Source of the DNA: Eledone cirrhosa
Lineage: Eukaryota
NCBI GenBank assembly: GCA_964016885.1
Contig: OZ024744.1
Location: forward strand, 105,834,001 to 105,898,000
DNA: 64,000 bases
Reading direction: 5' to 3'
Made by a program: the position numbers and the translations under genes
Notes under the pieces: generated by a model
What the model was told of the DNA's origin: nothing
What the model saw: the letters and a program-made list of their open reading frames with translations, nothing else
Database searches by the model: none
Part shown: positions 22,199-36,543 of the stretch, piece after piece
Layout of the letters: each line of letters opens with the position of its first letter
Numbering within the stretch: position 1 is the first letter of the stretch

Positions 22199-22475
22199 AG
22201 TCTTGTTGCTTTGAGAAAATATATCAAATAATAATAATAACAAAATATCCTAATGGTATATTTTGTCGGTTGAGTTCAAATCCTGCCAAGGTTAGCTTTG
22301 CTTTTCATCCTTACAACGTCGGTAAAATAAAGTACCAGTAATACACTGGGGTCAATTTAATCGATTTTCCCCGTCCCTAAAATTGTTGGCCTTGTGCCTA
22401 AATCAGAAACGAATATTATTATTATTATTATTAGTAGTAGTAGTAGTAGTAGTAGTATATGAAATATTATTATTA

Positions 22476-22506
<31 letters not shown>

Positions 22507-22565
22507 TATTATTATTATCATTATTAAGCTGCAATGTAAATGTTACAATTAGAATTATTATTAGA

Positions 22566-22599
<34 letters not shown>

Positions 22600-22820
22600 G
22601 GGCAGTGGATTAGCAGCATCGGTAGAGGGTCGGACGCCATGCTTTGCAGCATAGAGTTACGGCCCATTATGTTCTGAGTTAAAATCCTGCCGGGGTTAAC
22701 TTTTGCCTTTCACTCTTACGGGGGGTCGATGAAATAAAGTACCAGTCACGCACTGGGGTCGATTTAATCGACTTTCCCCTCCCCCCAAATTACTGGCCTT
22801 GTGCCTATACTAGAAATCAT
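22600..22820 (+). mobile_element. Full-length tRNA-derived SINE (family B); truncated copy at ~22270-22410
   Basis: gggcagtggattagcagcatcggtagagggtcggac head, B box, gcctttca..ggtcgat.aaataaagtacc core, (TTA)n tail. Confidence 0.8.
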
Positions 22821-23056
22821 TATTATTATTATTATTATTACTTTTGTGAACTTTACAAACTTTATACATTTTTGTTTAAACATTTAAAAAATATATTATT
22901 TACATTTGTCTAAAGAAATTTAAAGCTGGATGGCTGAAACAGGTAGAAGAGTATATATGTGTGTGTGTGTGTGTATATATGAGTGTGTGTATGTATGTAT
23001 GTATGAATATATATATGTATGTATGTATCTATATATATACAGATAGATACATACAT

Positions 23057-23107
<51 letters not shown>

Positions 23108-24116
23108 TTGAATTGCACACTCTTTTTTTGTCATTTCTAAAAATATTTTGTTTTATCTTGTCCAAAGGTTCTAGGGCAGGGCAGTATGGTTAGATAAAGG
23201 GAAAGACACAATAATAGTCAATTGATTTCAACCCTGGTGTATTAATAGCATGTGTTTTATTCAGTAATAATTCTTGCCTAAGCAGCCTGGATGGATGTAT
23301 ATTGTCTATCCTGTAATCCTTTGCACCAATTCCATCCATCATCAAATCAGTTTATCATTTATTTATTTACTTTTTGTACAGCAATTGGGGAACAATATTG
23401 TCATTTGTTACAAATTTTTACAGCAATAGTGAAAGTCACCAGGGACTGCAGAACAAATATTACTAGAGACTTTGCTCAAAGATCAGTGTTACATTGCTGT
23501 TGTTTACATTCTTTGCTGATGTATATTGATTAAAAATATATACATACTTACATTTATACATAAAGAGCTTCTACACATATCTGTCAACCAAATTTACTTC
23601 CAAAGTATTGGTCAACTCAAAGCTATGGCAGAAAACACTTGCTGCTCAGTAGAATTGAATGTGAATCCACACAAACTGAACTTCTTAACCACACAGCTAT
23701 GTGTTTTACTTCACCTGCTCAATGTTGCAGTAAATTCCTGACTTATTCACAGAAGTGAATAAGTCAGCCATCATTGTAAATGTTAGGACAGACATATTTA
23801 AAATGTAAATAAAAATTAGTGGTGGTCTACATTGACCAAATCAGAATTTAGTGAATATGCAGTAGAGATGTGAATCCTAGGTCCTAGGCGAGAGCCTAGT
23901 TTGATAAAATATAACCCAAAGTTTCTTCTCCAAAGAAGGGCCCTGCTCAAAACATTACAATTCACATCTCTACCACAGCATATACATCATCATCATCATT
24001 ATCATTTAACATCCACTTTCCCTGATTGCAAAAGTTGGACAAGATGTCATACAGACCAAGTTAGTACTTAATTGATGCCACTGAACTTTTATATGGGCTG
24101 ATGACCACATCTCACA

Positions 24117-24600
24117 TTTTATCATGGCACCAGCACTAGCAAGGTTGTCATGTCTTTGACACAGCTGGATGCCCTTCCTATCACCAACTACTTTGTTTTA
24201 TCATGGCACTAGCAAGGTTGTCATGTCTTTGACACAGCTGGATGCCCTTCCTATCACCAACTACTTTATGTTTTATCATGGCACTAGCAAGGTTGTCATG
24301 TCTTTGACACAGCTGGATGCCCTTCCTATCACCAACTACTTTATGTTTTATCATGGCACTAGCAAGGTTGTCATGTCTTTGACACAGCTGGATGCCCTTC
24401 CTATCACCAACTACTTTGTTTTATCATGGCACTAGCAAGGTTGTCATGTCTTTGACACAGCTGGATGCCCTTCCTATCACCAACTACTTTATGTTTTATC
24501 ATGGCACTAGCAAGGTTGTCATGTCTTTGACACAGCTGGATGCCCTTCCTATCACCAACTACTTTATGTTTTATCATGGCACCAACACTAGAGAGGTTGG
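24117..24600. repeat. 73-75-bp minisatellite (~6 copies) derived from an RTE-type 3' UTR
   Basis: Unit ttttatcatggcactagcaaggttgtcatgtctttgacacagctggatgcccttcctatcaccaactactttatg; contains ggatgcccttcct..caccaac of the RTE tail. Confidence 0.9.
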
Positions 24601-24774
24601 CAATTGATAAGTCTTCTTGACATATATATTTACTGCTGCAGCTACATTTGTTTTTTTACTTCCTATTTAATAGACATGTTGAATGTTTTCTAAGGATTGA
24701 TATAATCTACTTAATGTTGTACTACAAACATGTGGTTAGAATGTCAAAGGAAAGAATCACTGGACAAATAATTT

Positions 24775-24970
24775 AAGGGCATAACCAACCGGCAGGAGAC
24801 CCAGGGGTAGATCCTGCGCAAACATGGTTGGATAACGTCTATGAGTTTAGCTGGTCTCGCTTGGGGATCCACCAGATCCATTAGAGATAGTTGCTTCAAA
24901 CAGGACCCGCTGGAAGGTGTGTTTCAGGACTCTGTCCCTATGACCCTCTCAGGAATAAGTGGATAAAGAA
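24775..24970 (+). mobile_element. Possible LINE (RTE-like) 3' fragment
   Basis: TGRRPRGR followed, after a frameshift, by TWLDNV, resembling the RTE C-terminal GRRPRGRPxxxWxD motif. Confidence 0.45.
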
Positions 24971-25266
24971 GAAAACAAAATACATTGGAAAAATCTGAAA
25001 TTTAAACTAGTCATCTCAACACATGTGACTATAATAATAGTTGAGAAAATCAATTAAAGTACCCCTGGAGATGGAAAAAAGTGGACTGAAGTGTATCTGA
25101 GAGATGCAGGGTTTCTCGCAGTCACCTTGGTCTACTTTCTTTCCATTTTCAGGGGTACTTCACTTGATTTTTTTTTTTTTCAACTATTATTATATTTACA
25201 TGTGGTGGAACATTTCCAATTTCAAAACACATTTTATTTATTATTATTATTATTATTATTATAAGA

Positions 25267-25665
25267 GGGCGGTGAATTGGCAGTATCGGTAGAGGGTCGG
25301 ACGTCATGCTTTGACGTATAGAGTTACGGCCCTTGCCATTCTGAGTTCAAATCCCGCCAAGGTTAACTTTGCCTTTCATCCTTACGGGGTCGATAAAATA
25401 AAGTACCGGTAATGCACTGGGTAATTGCTGGCCTTGTGCCTAACCTAGAAACAATTATTATTATTATAAGAGATTAAAGGGCGGTGGATTGGCAGACACG
25501 ATGCTTCACGGCATAGAGATAACGGCCCTTCACGTTCTGAGTTCAAATCCCGCCAAGATCCTTACGGGGTCAATAAAATAAAATACCAGTAATGTACTGG
25601 GGTCAATTTAATCGACTCCCCTCCACTTCAAATTGCTGGCCTTGTGACTAAAGTAGAAACAATTA
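25267..25665 (+). mobile_element. Two tandem family-B SINE copies (second internally deleted)
   Basis: Heads gggcggtg..ttggcag at ~25267 and ~25479; shared core and tail. Confidence 0.82.
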
Positions 25666-25864
25666 GTATAAGAGATGACAATTTGTCAACATTGTGAGAG
25701 ATCCTGTCTCTTTAATCTTGGAAAAGTTCAAGTGTATTACAGTTAAAAAAGGTACTCAATACATGTGTTAAAATGACGCCCATACGCGTATCCTCCACTA
25801 CCAATTAACTGGCTAAGAGGATGGAGAAATCATTGCTCTGGGGGACAGTGAGGAAGATGTGCTG

Positions 25865-26415
25865 GAACAGCCACTTCCCCTCGTGGGGCTCACACATGTG
25901 GGTGACCAACTCTTGAACAGCCACTTCCCCTCGTGGGGCTCACACATGTGGGTGGCCAACTCTTGAACAGCCACTTCACCTCGTGGGGCTCACACATGTG
26001 GGTGACCAACTCTTGAACAGCCACTTCCCCTCGTGGGGCTCACACATGTGGGTGACCAACTCTTGAACAGCCACTTCACCTCGTGGGGCTCACACATGTG
26101 GGTGGCCAACTCTTGAACAGCCACTCCCCCTCGTGGGGCTCACACATGTGGGTGGCCAACTCTTGAACAGCCACTTCACCTCGTAGGGCTCACACATGTG
26201 GGTGGCCAACTCTTTAACAGCCACTTCACCTCGTGGGGCTCACATGTGGGTGGCCAACTCTTGAACAGCCACTCCCCCTCGTGGGGCTCACACATGTGGG
26301 TGGCCAACTCTTGAACAGCCACTTCACCTCGTAGGGCTCACACATGTGGGTGGCCAACTCTTTAACAGCCACTTCACCTCGTGGGGCTCACACATGTGGG
26401 TGACCAACTCTTTAA
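25865..26415. repeat. 50-bp GC-rich minisatellite (~11 copies)
   Basis: Unit gaacagccacttcccctcgtggggctcacacatgtgggtgaccaactctt. Confidence 0.95.
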
Positions 26416-26487
26416 TTAACATATTTTAATAGACTTGAAATTAATTTTTGTGCCAGCAGTTTAAGATGTCATTATGACCATCGTTTG

Positions 26488-27838
26488 TATGTCCATATCT
26501 TTCCTAACATTAGTTGACCAGTACTATGTCCATATCTGTCCTAACATTAGTTGACCAGTACTATGTCCATATCTGTCCTAACATTAGTTGACCAGTACTA
26601 TGTCTATATCTGTCCTAACATTAGTTGACCAGTACTATGTCTATATCTGTCCTAACATTAGTTGACCAGTACTATGTCCATATCTGTCCTAACATTAGTT
26701 GACTAGTACTATGTCTATATCTGTCCTAACATTAGTTGACCAGTACTATGTCCATATCTGTCCTAACATTAGTTGACCAATACTATGTTCATATCTGTCC
26801 TAACATTAGTTGACCAGTACTATGTCTATATCTGTCCTAACATTAGTTGACCAGTACTATGTCTATATCTGTCCTAACATTAGTTGACCAGTACTATGTC
26901 TATATCTGTCCTAACATTAGTTGACCAGTACTATGTCTATATCTTTCCTAACATTAGTTGACCAGTACTATGTCCATATCTTTCCTAACATTAGTTGACC
27001 AATACATTAGTATGTCCATATCCTTATCCTAACATTAGTTGACCAGTACTATGTCCATATCTGTCCTAACATTAGTTGACCAGTACTATGTCCATATCTG
27101 TCCTAACATTAGTTGACCAGTACTATGTCTATATCTGTTCTAACATTAGTTGACCAGTACTATGTCCATATCTGTCCTAACATTAGTTGACCAGTACTAT
27201 GTCTATATCTTTCCTAACATTAGTTGACCAGTACTATGTCCATATCTTTCCTAACATTAGTTGACCAATACATTAGTATGTCCATATCCTTATCCTAACA
27301 TTAGTTGACCAGTACTATGTCCATATCCCTATCCTAACATTAGTTGACCAGTACTATGTCCATATCTGTCCTAACATTAGTTGACCAGTACTATGTCCAT
27401 ATCTGTCCTAACATTAGTTGACCAATACTATGTTCATATCTGTCCTAACATTAGTTGACCAGTACTATGTCTATATCTGTCCTAACATTAGTTGACCAGT
27501 ACTATGTCCATATCCCTATCCTAACATTAGTTGACCAGTACTATGTCCATATCCCTATCCTAACATTAGTTGACCAGTACTATGTCTACATCTGTCCTAA
27601 CATTAGTTGACCAATACTATGTTCATATCTGTCCTAACATTAGTTGACCAGTACTATGTCTATATCTGTCCTAACATTAGTTGACCAGTACTATGTCCAT
27701 ATCTGTCCTAACATTAGTTGACCAGTACTATGTCCATATCTGTCCTAACATTAGTTGACCAGTACTATGTCCATATCTGTCCTAACATTAGTTGACCAGT
27801 ACTATGTCCATATCTGTCCTAACATTAGTTGACCAGTA
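26488..27838. repeat. 37-bp minisatellite (~36 copies)
   Basis: Unit tatgtccatatctgtcctaacattagttgaccagtac. Confidence 0.95.
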
Positions 27839-27971
27839 TATTTTTAGAGTGGTATTCCATGGCTGGCTGCCTGTCTATGATACTTTCTACACTGTTATAC
27901 AATAGATGGTTCTGTATATTAATTGGATTTTTTTTTTGTTATATGAAAAAAAAAAAATCTCTATTTAGACT

Positions 27972-28172
27972 ATCTTCCACGCTAGCATGGGTTAGACGGG
28001 GGTTATCCCACTTGAGGTAAGATTGGTCAGGTGACCGTGTCTCGCTCATATAGGACTATCTGGCAGGCTTTCTGTGGCTGGATGCCCTTAACACCAACCA
28101 CGTTTACAGTGTGGACTGGGAGGTTTTTACTGTGTTACCTACACGGCCACATTACTGCGTGGACTGTGTTTT
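27972..28172 (-). mobile_element. RTE LINE 3' UTR fragment
   Basis: Similar to 10810-11010 and 6740-6830. Confidence 0.75.
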
Positions 28173-29169
28173 TTCTTTTTCCCTTCTCTCTTTCCTTCTT
28201 TATATATATATATATATAATTTTAAGTTGAATTACATGAAGTATACACCAGGGAATAAATGTAATGATTATATTATATGAAGTAATAGCGAATTATTGTG
28301 TTAAATTATGGTTTATATCAGTCAAGCTCTTGAAACAATGTATTTTATTTTTATTATTATTATTATTATTTAACATTTTTATTTGGATTCATTCATCATC
28401 TTAGTGCCTTGGAATATGCAAATACTTTTTTTTTTCTTTCTTTCTTTCTTTCTTTCTTTATATGGAAGTTACACTGGAAATATGTCTTCTTTATATTTAA
28501 GAAAGTATGTCAGAGAAAATATCTTCTTTATTTGGAAAAATAAAAACAAAACATCACAAATATTAAAACTTTTGACTGTTGACATGAAAACAAAAATGTT
28601 TAATATATTATATATTATAATTGATAGTTTACAGGTAATGTGGCCTCATTTCCCGATTTCTATACACATTAAAGGCCAGTCTGTACTATTAACCCATTCA
28701 TAATCTTATTTGTATGCACATCTGCTGCATTCTTCCAAATTTGGAATAAATCTGTTGTCTACAAATTTTTTTTGTTTGTCTTTTTAATTTTCCTGGCACG
28801 AACTGAATGGTCAAGAAGTTTCCTTGACAAACATGGGTCTTTGGTTCAATTCCACACTAGTGTTTATCTTGGGCAAGTGTCTTTTAGTATATAGCATCCT
28901 GTAGATCCAAGCCTTGTGGGTAAAATTTGGTAGACAGCAACTGTTTGGAAGCCCATCAAATGGACTGTACCTGTAACTAAAAGACCCAGCTTTGTCACAC
29001 ACTATGCCATGCTGAACCTCTTTGAGAATTATTTTATTAGTACACATGCCTGTGGAATACTCAGCCACTTACACATTAATTTCTTGAGTAGGCTGTTCCA
29101 TTGATTAAACAACTGGAAAACTCATTGTTGAAACCAATGGAAGTCCATTTATTTTTTATCTGCCCTTGG

Positions 29170-31195
29170 CCTCCCCAACTCTGGCACTGACCCAGGTGAC
29201 CTGTTGACAGCAGCATTTGTCAAGGCCAACGTTTCGTCCTTTTGGGAGCACCCTTCCCAAGTGTGCCCAAGGACACCACATCCTCTGCTCTCAGGTGCCC
29301 TCAATCCTCCAGCACAAAGTGTTTACGTGACTGTAAACACCAAACTAATTGAGAATGATATCTCAGCCATGGTCAGAGTGGTTGCCTCAGAGGACTCCAT
29401 TCTCCACCCCATAGAGGAGGTCTTAGCTGCTCTTCAGCTCAAGTATCCTGAGTGCCCGCAGACCTAAGACCCATACCCTCACCTAATCCTCACCTGCTCT
29501 TTGTGGCATCAGATGCAGACATGTATGCCATTAAGCTCTTTCCTGCCAGCAGTGGAGGAACTGATGGTCTCCAACCTAGCCACCTCAAAAGTGTTGCTAT
29601 TCCCCCTATCAGCCATAGCCAGGTGCCGACTTCTCAGTGTAATTGTGGCACTCATCAACAGGTTCATCCATGGTGCTCTTTTCTTTACGGCCAGCATGAC
29701 TACTCTCAGGAAGGAAGAGTGTGGCATATGCCCCATTGCTGTGGGCAATGTCTTCCAGAGGCTGGTGGCTAAGGTGCTCTGCAGGTCCAACACACTTAAA
29801 TTGGTCGAGGAGCTCAGCCTGGTGCAACTAGGGGTTGGCGTGTCCTGTGGGTGTGAGGGGGCCACACGGGCAACTATCCACTGGAACCAGCATTGAGGGA
29901 CTCCAGGCACCTCATTGTCAAGCTTGACATGAGGAATGCCTTTAACTGCCTAGGCCGTGACCATCTGCTCGAGGCCTGCTTCAGTCAAGTCCCCTTTGCC
30001 TACCTATCATATGGAGCCTTGAGCAAGCTCCTTGCTGCTGACACGGTCATACCTTCAGTCACTGGGATCCAAGAGGGTGACCCTTTGGGCCCCCTCCTCT
30101 TTGCTCTTGATATAGACCACATTGCTTGGAACAACCCAGCTCCTTTCAACATTTGGTATCTGGATGGTGCCATGTTGGGCGGGCCCGTACAGACTGTCTG
30201 CGGCAACCTGCAATCAGTGGGTCCTGCTCTGGCTAGAATCAGTCTCAAGGTCAACTCATCCAAGTTGGAGGTGATGAATGTCAACAATGACGCAGAGGGC
30301 TTTGCAGTCTCCATCTTGGTACAGGTGATCTTGAAAGAGGATGTCCTCATCCTCAGGTCACCGATCCTCCCGTTAGCCATCAGGTCCAGGCTCCAGCAGC
30401 TCACGAACCCCATGAGCAGACTGGGCATGATTGATGCTCACCTAGCTTTCTTCCTGTTGAGGAATGACATCGCCATGCCAAAGGTCCTCTGCATACTTCG
30501 TAGTACTCCTTGCTACAGCCACGCATCTCTCCTTGCTGACCACAACACTTGTATCTGAGGAGATATGCAATGTCAGGTTTGACAAACTTGGATGGCAACA
30601 GGCCACCTTACCTGTTAGAAATAGGGACCTTAGTCTCTGGTCTCGCTGGCTTTGCTGGAGTTTCTTTTATCAATAACCTTTTGCTGCATCCTTATCAACA
30701 GGGTTCTCCAAAACACAATTTAACCCACTGTGATCGAGGAACATGAGGCTGCCTGCAAATCCATCCAGTGCAGCATGGCCTCGGACAGGCTAGCACACCA
30801 GCTCAATCAGCACTGCCTTGCATGTTTTTGCTTGGTCTCACAACCCTGATTTTCTACTGCCACGCAGCTGGGCAACGATATCTTGTGCATTGGGGTTTCC
30901 CTGAGACTCAGTCTCCAGATCTGCGAGCCACACAAATGTTGCTGCGGATCCACCGTAGACTCATTCAGCCTCCACCCGTTTTCCTGTTGCTACACTATCA
31001 TCTGCCCTCTATGCCATTCTGTTCTTAACGAGGTCATAAAGCTTGGCTTCCATGCTGCAAGCTACCCCTCGCAGCTTGAGCCGGTGGGGCTAGACCAAGG
31101 GGACGGCAAAAACTCAGATGGCAGGACCATGTTCCCGTTCTGTAAACGTCTTCTCCATTCTGTCCACCGAGATCACAGGGCGGCCAGCGCATAGG
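29170..31195 (+). mobile_element. Decayed CRE-like non-LTR retrotransposon (RT plus restriction-like endonuclease)
   Basis: Motifs across frameshifts: SGGTDGLQPSHLK; PIAVGNVFQRLVAK; QLGVGVSCGCEG; KLDMRNAFN; GIQEGDPLGPLLF; WYLDG; WQQATLPVR; CCCG..LHPFSC zinc knuckle; HSVLNEVI; EPVGLDQGDGKNSDG (decayed RPDG). Confidence 0.85.
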
Positions 31196-32674
31196 CCCCC
31201 CTTTGCTCATAATAGCGAGAGATGGGGAATGCAGGAGACGGAGGCAGTGACAGTGAGAGTTTGGTTCCTCTGTGTTGGATCTTGTGTATGTGTTTGATGG
31301 ACACACATTCATGTATGTGATAAATGAAAGGTTATAGTATAAGATGTGTAGTGTAGAAATAAAGATGTTCATCTGGAATTTACCACATTCTTTAACTTCA
31401 CTTTGATGAATTCTCCTTAACTCTTAACATCCTGTAATTATTTAAGGCAGCCTGAACCCTTTAGCATGTAAACCGACCATATCCGGCCACAATTCTCTCA
31501 CCTCTTTCTGTTCAAACTGACCATAATCGGCTGCTCATCCAACATTAAGGTATTGTTCTCAAAATAAATGATATCAACATCTCATAGATTCGATATTATG
31601 AGAGATAATTATGCAAAATAAAGTGTCTACCACAAATATACAATAGTAAATATAGAGTAATGTAAATGCTAAATTATTAAGTCTCCAACATTCCAGAGCC
31701 TGTTGACTGTTAAGGAGCTCACCCTTTTGGCCATGTTTTCAGTGAGAAGAGGTTGCCCTACCAGATTATTAAAAGGTTCAAGCCAATACTGTTGGAGAAG
31801 TCTGTTCCTTCTTAGACATGTAAACAGCTAATACATTTCTAACAAATATGACAAACCAGGTTGATCATCTCTAGTTTTAAGTGTTTGTTGTTGCTTTACA
31901 CTCAAATTCTAACTTATTGACAGGAATGTCTTCAATTTTAGATTGATTATCTGAAACTGAAAAGGAGCTGCAAAAGATGGCTAAAACACATTTTTGGAAG
32001 AGAATTTTTTAATGTTTTGAAAGGTTTCAATATTTCTAGGTTCACATTTCAACAATTCATTGTACATCTGCTTCAAAAAGCCGAGGTTTTGTTTTGTAGA
32101 GTTTCCTTGTTCTTGGGAAATTTGTTTTGATTAAATGTTACTGACCCCAAATCAATGAACTTGTGTTCAAAGTCAATGTTTTCACGCAGTAGATGACAAC
32201 ATCAGTGTTATTAAACCTCAGTGAAGTCTTACATATGTTCACCATACCTTCGAATGAGGGTAAATTTTTATATGGAAACTATTGATCGATTGGACAAGTA
32301 ATGACATGATATATAACAAAAGTGACTGAAAGAACATTTGTGGTTGAAGTTATGATCCTTCAGTTGTTGGACCTGCACCTTTAGAGGGTTTAGAGCAAAG
32401 CAAGAAATATATAATAATTATCATTAAACGTCCAGTTTACTACTAGCAAGGGTTGGACAGGTATTCCCAATCCAAGTCGGTACTCAAGTGCAGCTACTAG
32501 CCTTTCAGTTGGGCCAGAGTCCCACATATAATCTCTTGATCTACTGCGTGCATTTTGTGACCCCAGCTCTAAGTTGGTTGTTATATGTTTGACACTTTGT
32601 ATGGCAAGCTTTCCACAGCGGGATGCCATTTCTATCATGAACTACTTTACAGCATGTGCTGGCTGTAGATCAGC

Positions 32675-34670
32675 AACACTAGAGAGATTGTCATGTAATT
32701 GACAGGGTGTACTGGGTATATCACCAACACTAGAGAGGTTGTCATGTCATTGACAGGGTGTACTGGGTATATCACCAACACTAGAGAGGTTGTCATGTCA
32801 TTGACAGGGTGTACTGGGTATATCACCAACACTAGAGAGGTTGTCATGTCATTGACAGGGTGTACTGGGTATATCACCAACACTAGAGAGGTTGTCATGT
32901 CATTGACAGGGTGTACTGGGTATATCACCAACACTAGAGAGATTGTCATGTCATTGACAGGGTGTACTGGGTATATCACCAACACTAGATAGGTTGTCAT
33001 GTCATTGACAGGTTATACTGGGTATATCACCAACACTAGAGAGGTTGTCATGTCATTGACAGGGTGTACTGGATATATCACCAACACTAGAGAGGTTGTC
33101 ATGTCATTGACAGGGTGTACTGGGTATATCACCAACACTAGAGAGGTTGTCATGTCATTGACAGGGTGTACCAGGTATATCACCAACACTAGAGAGGTTG
33201 TCATGTCATTGACAGGGTATACTGGGTATATCACCAACACTAGAGAGGTTGTCATGTCATTGACATGGTGTACTGGGTATATCACCAACGCTAGAGAGGT
33301 TGTCATGTCATTGACAGGGTATACTGGGTATATCACCAACACTAGAGAGGTTGTCATGTCATTGACAGGGTGTACTGGGTATATCACCAACACTAGAGAG
33401 GTTGTCATGTCATTGACAGGGTGTACTGGGTATATCACCAACACTAGAGAGGTTGTCATGTCATTGACAGGGTGTACTGGATATATCACCAACACTAGAG
33501 AGGTTGTCATGTCATTGACAGGGTGTACTGGGTGTATCACCAACACTAGAGAGGTTGTCATGTCATTGACAGGGTATACTGGGTATATCACCAACACTAG
33601 AGAGGTTGACATGTCATTGACAGGGTATACTGGGTATATCACCAACACTAGAGAGGTTGACATATCATTGACAGGGTGTACTGGGTATATCATTAATGCT
33701 AGAGAGGTTTTCATGTCATTGACAGGGTGTACTGGGTATATCACCAACGCTAGAGAGGTTGTCATGTTATCGACAGGGTGTACTGGGTATATCACCAACA
33801 CTAGAGAGGTTGTCATGTCATTGACAGGGTGTACTGGGTATATCACCAACACTAGAGAGGTTGTCATGTCATTGAGAGGGCGTACTGGGTATATCACCAA
33901 CACTAGAGAGGTTGTCATGTCATTGACAGGGTGTACTGGGTATATCACCAACACTAGAGAGGTTGTCATGTAATTGACAGGGTATACTGGGTATATCACC
34001 AACACTAGAGAGGTTGTCATGTCATTGACAGGGTGTACTGGGTATATCACCAACACTAGAGAGGTTGTCATGTAATTGACAGGGTATACTGGGTATATCA
34101 CCAACACTAGAGAGATTGTCATGTCATTGACAGGGTGTACTGGGTATATCACCAACACTAGAGAGGTTGTCATGTAATTGACAGGGTATACTGGGTATAT
34201 CACCAACACTAGAGAGGTTGTCATGTCATTGACAGGGTGTACTGGGTATATCACTAACACTAGAGAGGTTGTCATGTCATTGAGAGGGTGTACTGGGTAT
34301 ATCACCAACACTAGAGAGGTTACCATGTCATTGACAGAATGTACTGGGTACACTGGGTATATCACCAACACTAGAGTGGTTGTCATGTCATTGACAGGGT
34401 ATACTGGGTATATCACTAACACTAGAGAGGTTGTCATGTCATTGACAGGGTATACTGGGTATATCACCAACACTAGAGAGGTTGTCATGTCACTGACAGG
34501 GTGTACTGGGTATATCACTAACACTAGAGAGGTTGTCATGTCATTGACAGGGTATACTGGGTATATCACCAACACTAGAGAGGTTGTCATGTCATTGACA
34601 GGGTGTACTGGGTATATCACCAACACTAGAGAGGTTGTCATGTCATTGACAGGGTGTACTGGGTATATCA
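32675..34670. repeat. 51-bp minisatellite (~39 copies) inside an RTE-type 3' UTR remnant
   Basis: Unit caacactagagaggttgtcatgtcattgacagggtgtactgggtatatcac; stop-free frames give the 324- and 615-aa artefact ORFs. Confidence 0.95.
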
Positions 34671-35059
34671 CGTCATTAACACAACTGAAGGGTCTTCTGA
34701 AATCTTTGGCCCGGTTTCTACAGTGGGGTGTCTTTCCTATTGTTACCCACTTTACAGGGTTGACGATTATCATCCCAACTGCAGAGCCCTCTGTGTGATA
34801 GTGGCGGAGGGAAGTGTAGTGATGGAGAGAATAGCTAAGAAATGGTAGAGGAGGGGGCATTGGTAGAGTGTTGTGTGCAGAAGTGGAGGGAGTAGCTACT
34901 AGGGTGTAACAGAGGGTAATTTAGAAGGAAGGGGACAGTTAAGAAATGGCAGTGGTGGAGGAATGGATGGAGTGTGGTAGAGAGGGTAGCTACTAAGGAC
35001 TTTAAAGTGGGTGGCAGAGGAGGAGGAGTGATGCATCAGACCACATTTATGCTCTGCTG

Positions 35060-35245
35060 GCTGCAAAACTTCAGCCCTGTCTTTTGTAATCTCTGTTGTG
35101 ACGTTTAGTTTCTTACGGTTAATCTTCACTATCTCATCCCAAGTTTTCCTGGATCTACTTCTTCCATGGGTCTCATCCAGTAGTGTTTCTCTGCATTTCT
35201 TTATGCAGTTGCTATCCTCCATATGCAGACATCCAATTCCTCTCA
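35060..35245 (-). mobile_element. Old RTE LINE C-terminal fragment
   Basis: MEDSNCIKKCR..HGRSRSRKTWDEIV aligns with MKDDSCITKCR..HGIGRPRKTWDELI of the 11160 ORF. Confidence 0.75.
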
Positions 35246-35967
35246 CTTACACTACTATAATTTTATATAGAATTAAAGTATGATATGCTACACAATTTTC
35301 ACTCTACAAGAAGCTAGTTTTATAGTTTATATATAAACATTTAGTATTTTATGTTTGAGAGGGAATATTAACTCAAAAGACAATTGATAACAGATTTACT
35401 TTTATTAGTTTACTGGAATTACCATTCATATTTGGGTTTCCCTGTCAAGTTACATAAATAATCATATATCCATCTTTACCGTCAATCATTAATTAAAGCT
35501 AAATCACTGATGAAGCAGTGACTGAGCCAAGTAAAAAAAAAAAAAAAAAAGAAAATCCAGAAATAAACATAATAATAATGGTTTCTAATTTAGGCACAAG
35601 CCTAGCAATCTGGGGATGGGTGGTCAATTACATTGACCCTAGTAGATTACTGGTATTTTATCAACCCCTGGAAGGATGAAACGTGAAGTTGAGTTAGGTA
35701 GGATTAGAATTTAGAACGTAAAGAACTGCAAAATATTTAACTGACACTTTAAAGATTCTGTCAATCAACTGCATTTTAGTTGATTAAATTAACCCCAATA
35801 GTTGACTGGTACTTTATTGACCCTGAAAAATGGAAGGTAAAGTTGACCGTGGAATGTAAAGAGCTGGAACAAATATTGCATGACATTTTGTCCGACTTTC
35901 TAACAGTTTCATCAATCATCAACAAATGAAAGTAATTTTAAGAAATCTTCATTAACTAGATATTATG

Positions 35968-36165
35968 TATTGGGTTGGACAGAAAGTGCCTGCCATTTTT
36001 AAAAAGGAGGTATTTTAATATTTAGGGAGGGCCATGTTGTCTAAGACCTTCACCAGTGAGGACCAGTTAAATCAATGGCCATCAAAATTCTTTACATCGA
36101 AGTCAGAAGAATTCTACAGAGATGGAATCTTGTGCCTTCCTAAACGATGGCAGACGGTAATCATA
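35968..36165 (+). mobile_element. Mariner remnant (TIR plus transposase C-terminus)
   Basis: TA-ttgggttggacagaaagt TIR-like start; FFTSKSEEFYRDGILCLPKRWQTVI is the typical mariner C-terminal motif. Confidence 0.7.
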
Positions 36166-36543
36166 AATAATTGTTTCTACTTTTGGCACAAGGCCAGCAA
36201 TTATCCCAGTGTATTACTGGTACTTTATTTTATCGACCCTTTAACTTCGCCTTTCATCCTTTCATCCTTAATGGCGATCATTTTGACTTGTAAAATTTTC
36301 CTAATGTTAATAAACACCAAAGTCAATAAAAATGATGAGAAATTAATATAATATATTTACACCGTTGTAATTTCCAAACACACAACTGTAACTTTGATTT
36401 TGAATCATTTCAATCTATTTAACAAATAATTAATCCAATCAAATTCCAGCAAGATTACTTGTATTTCTAAAGTTACAAAGGAATATATTTTGTGTAATTT
36501 TCTTTTTTTTGTTGTTGTTGTTTTCCAATTTTTTCTTTGATTT

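Noticed and set aside
21676-22243. Poly-Tyr/Leu/Ser/Val ORFs
   Set aside because: (CTA)n microsatellite translations.
31640-32390. Possible decayed DNA-transposase or host exon (minus strand)
   Set aside because: Coding-like composition but multiple stops, no recognisable motif and no phase-consistent splice sites.
32999-34860. 324- and 615-aa repeat-protein ORFs
   Set aside because: A 51-bp unit divisible by 3 and stop-free by chance; derived from LINE UTR sequence.
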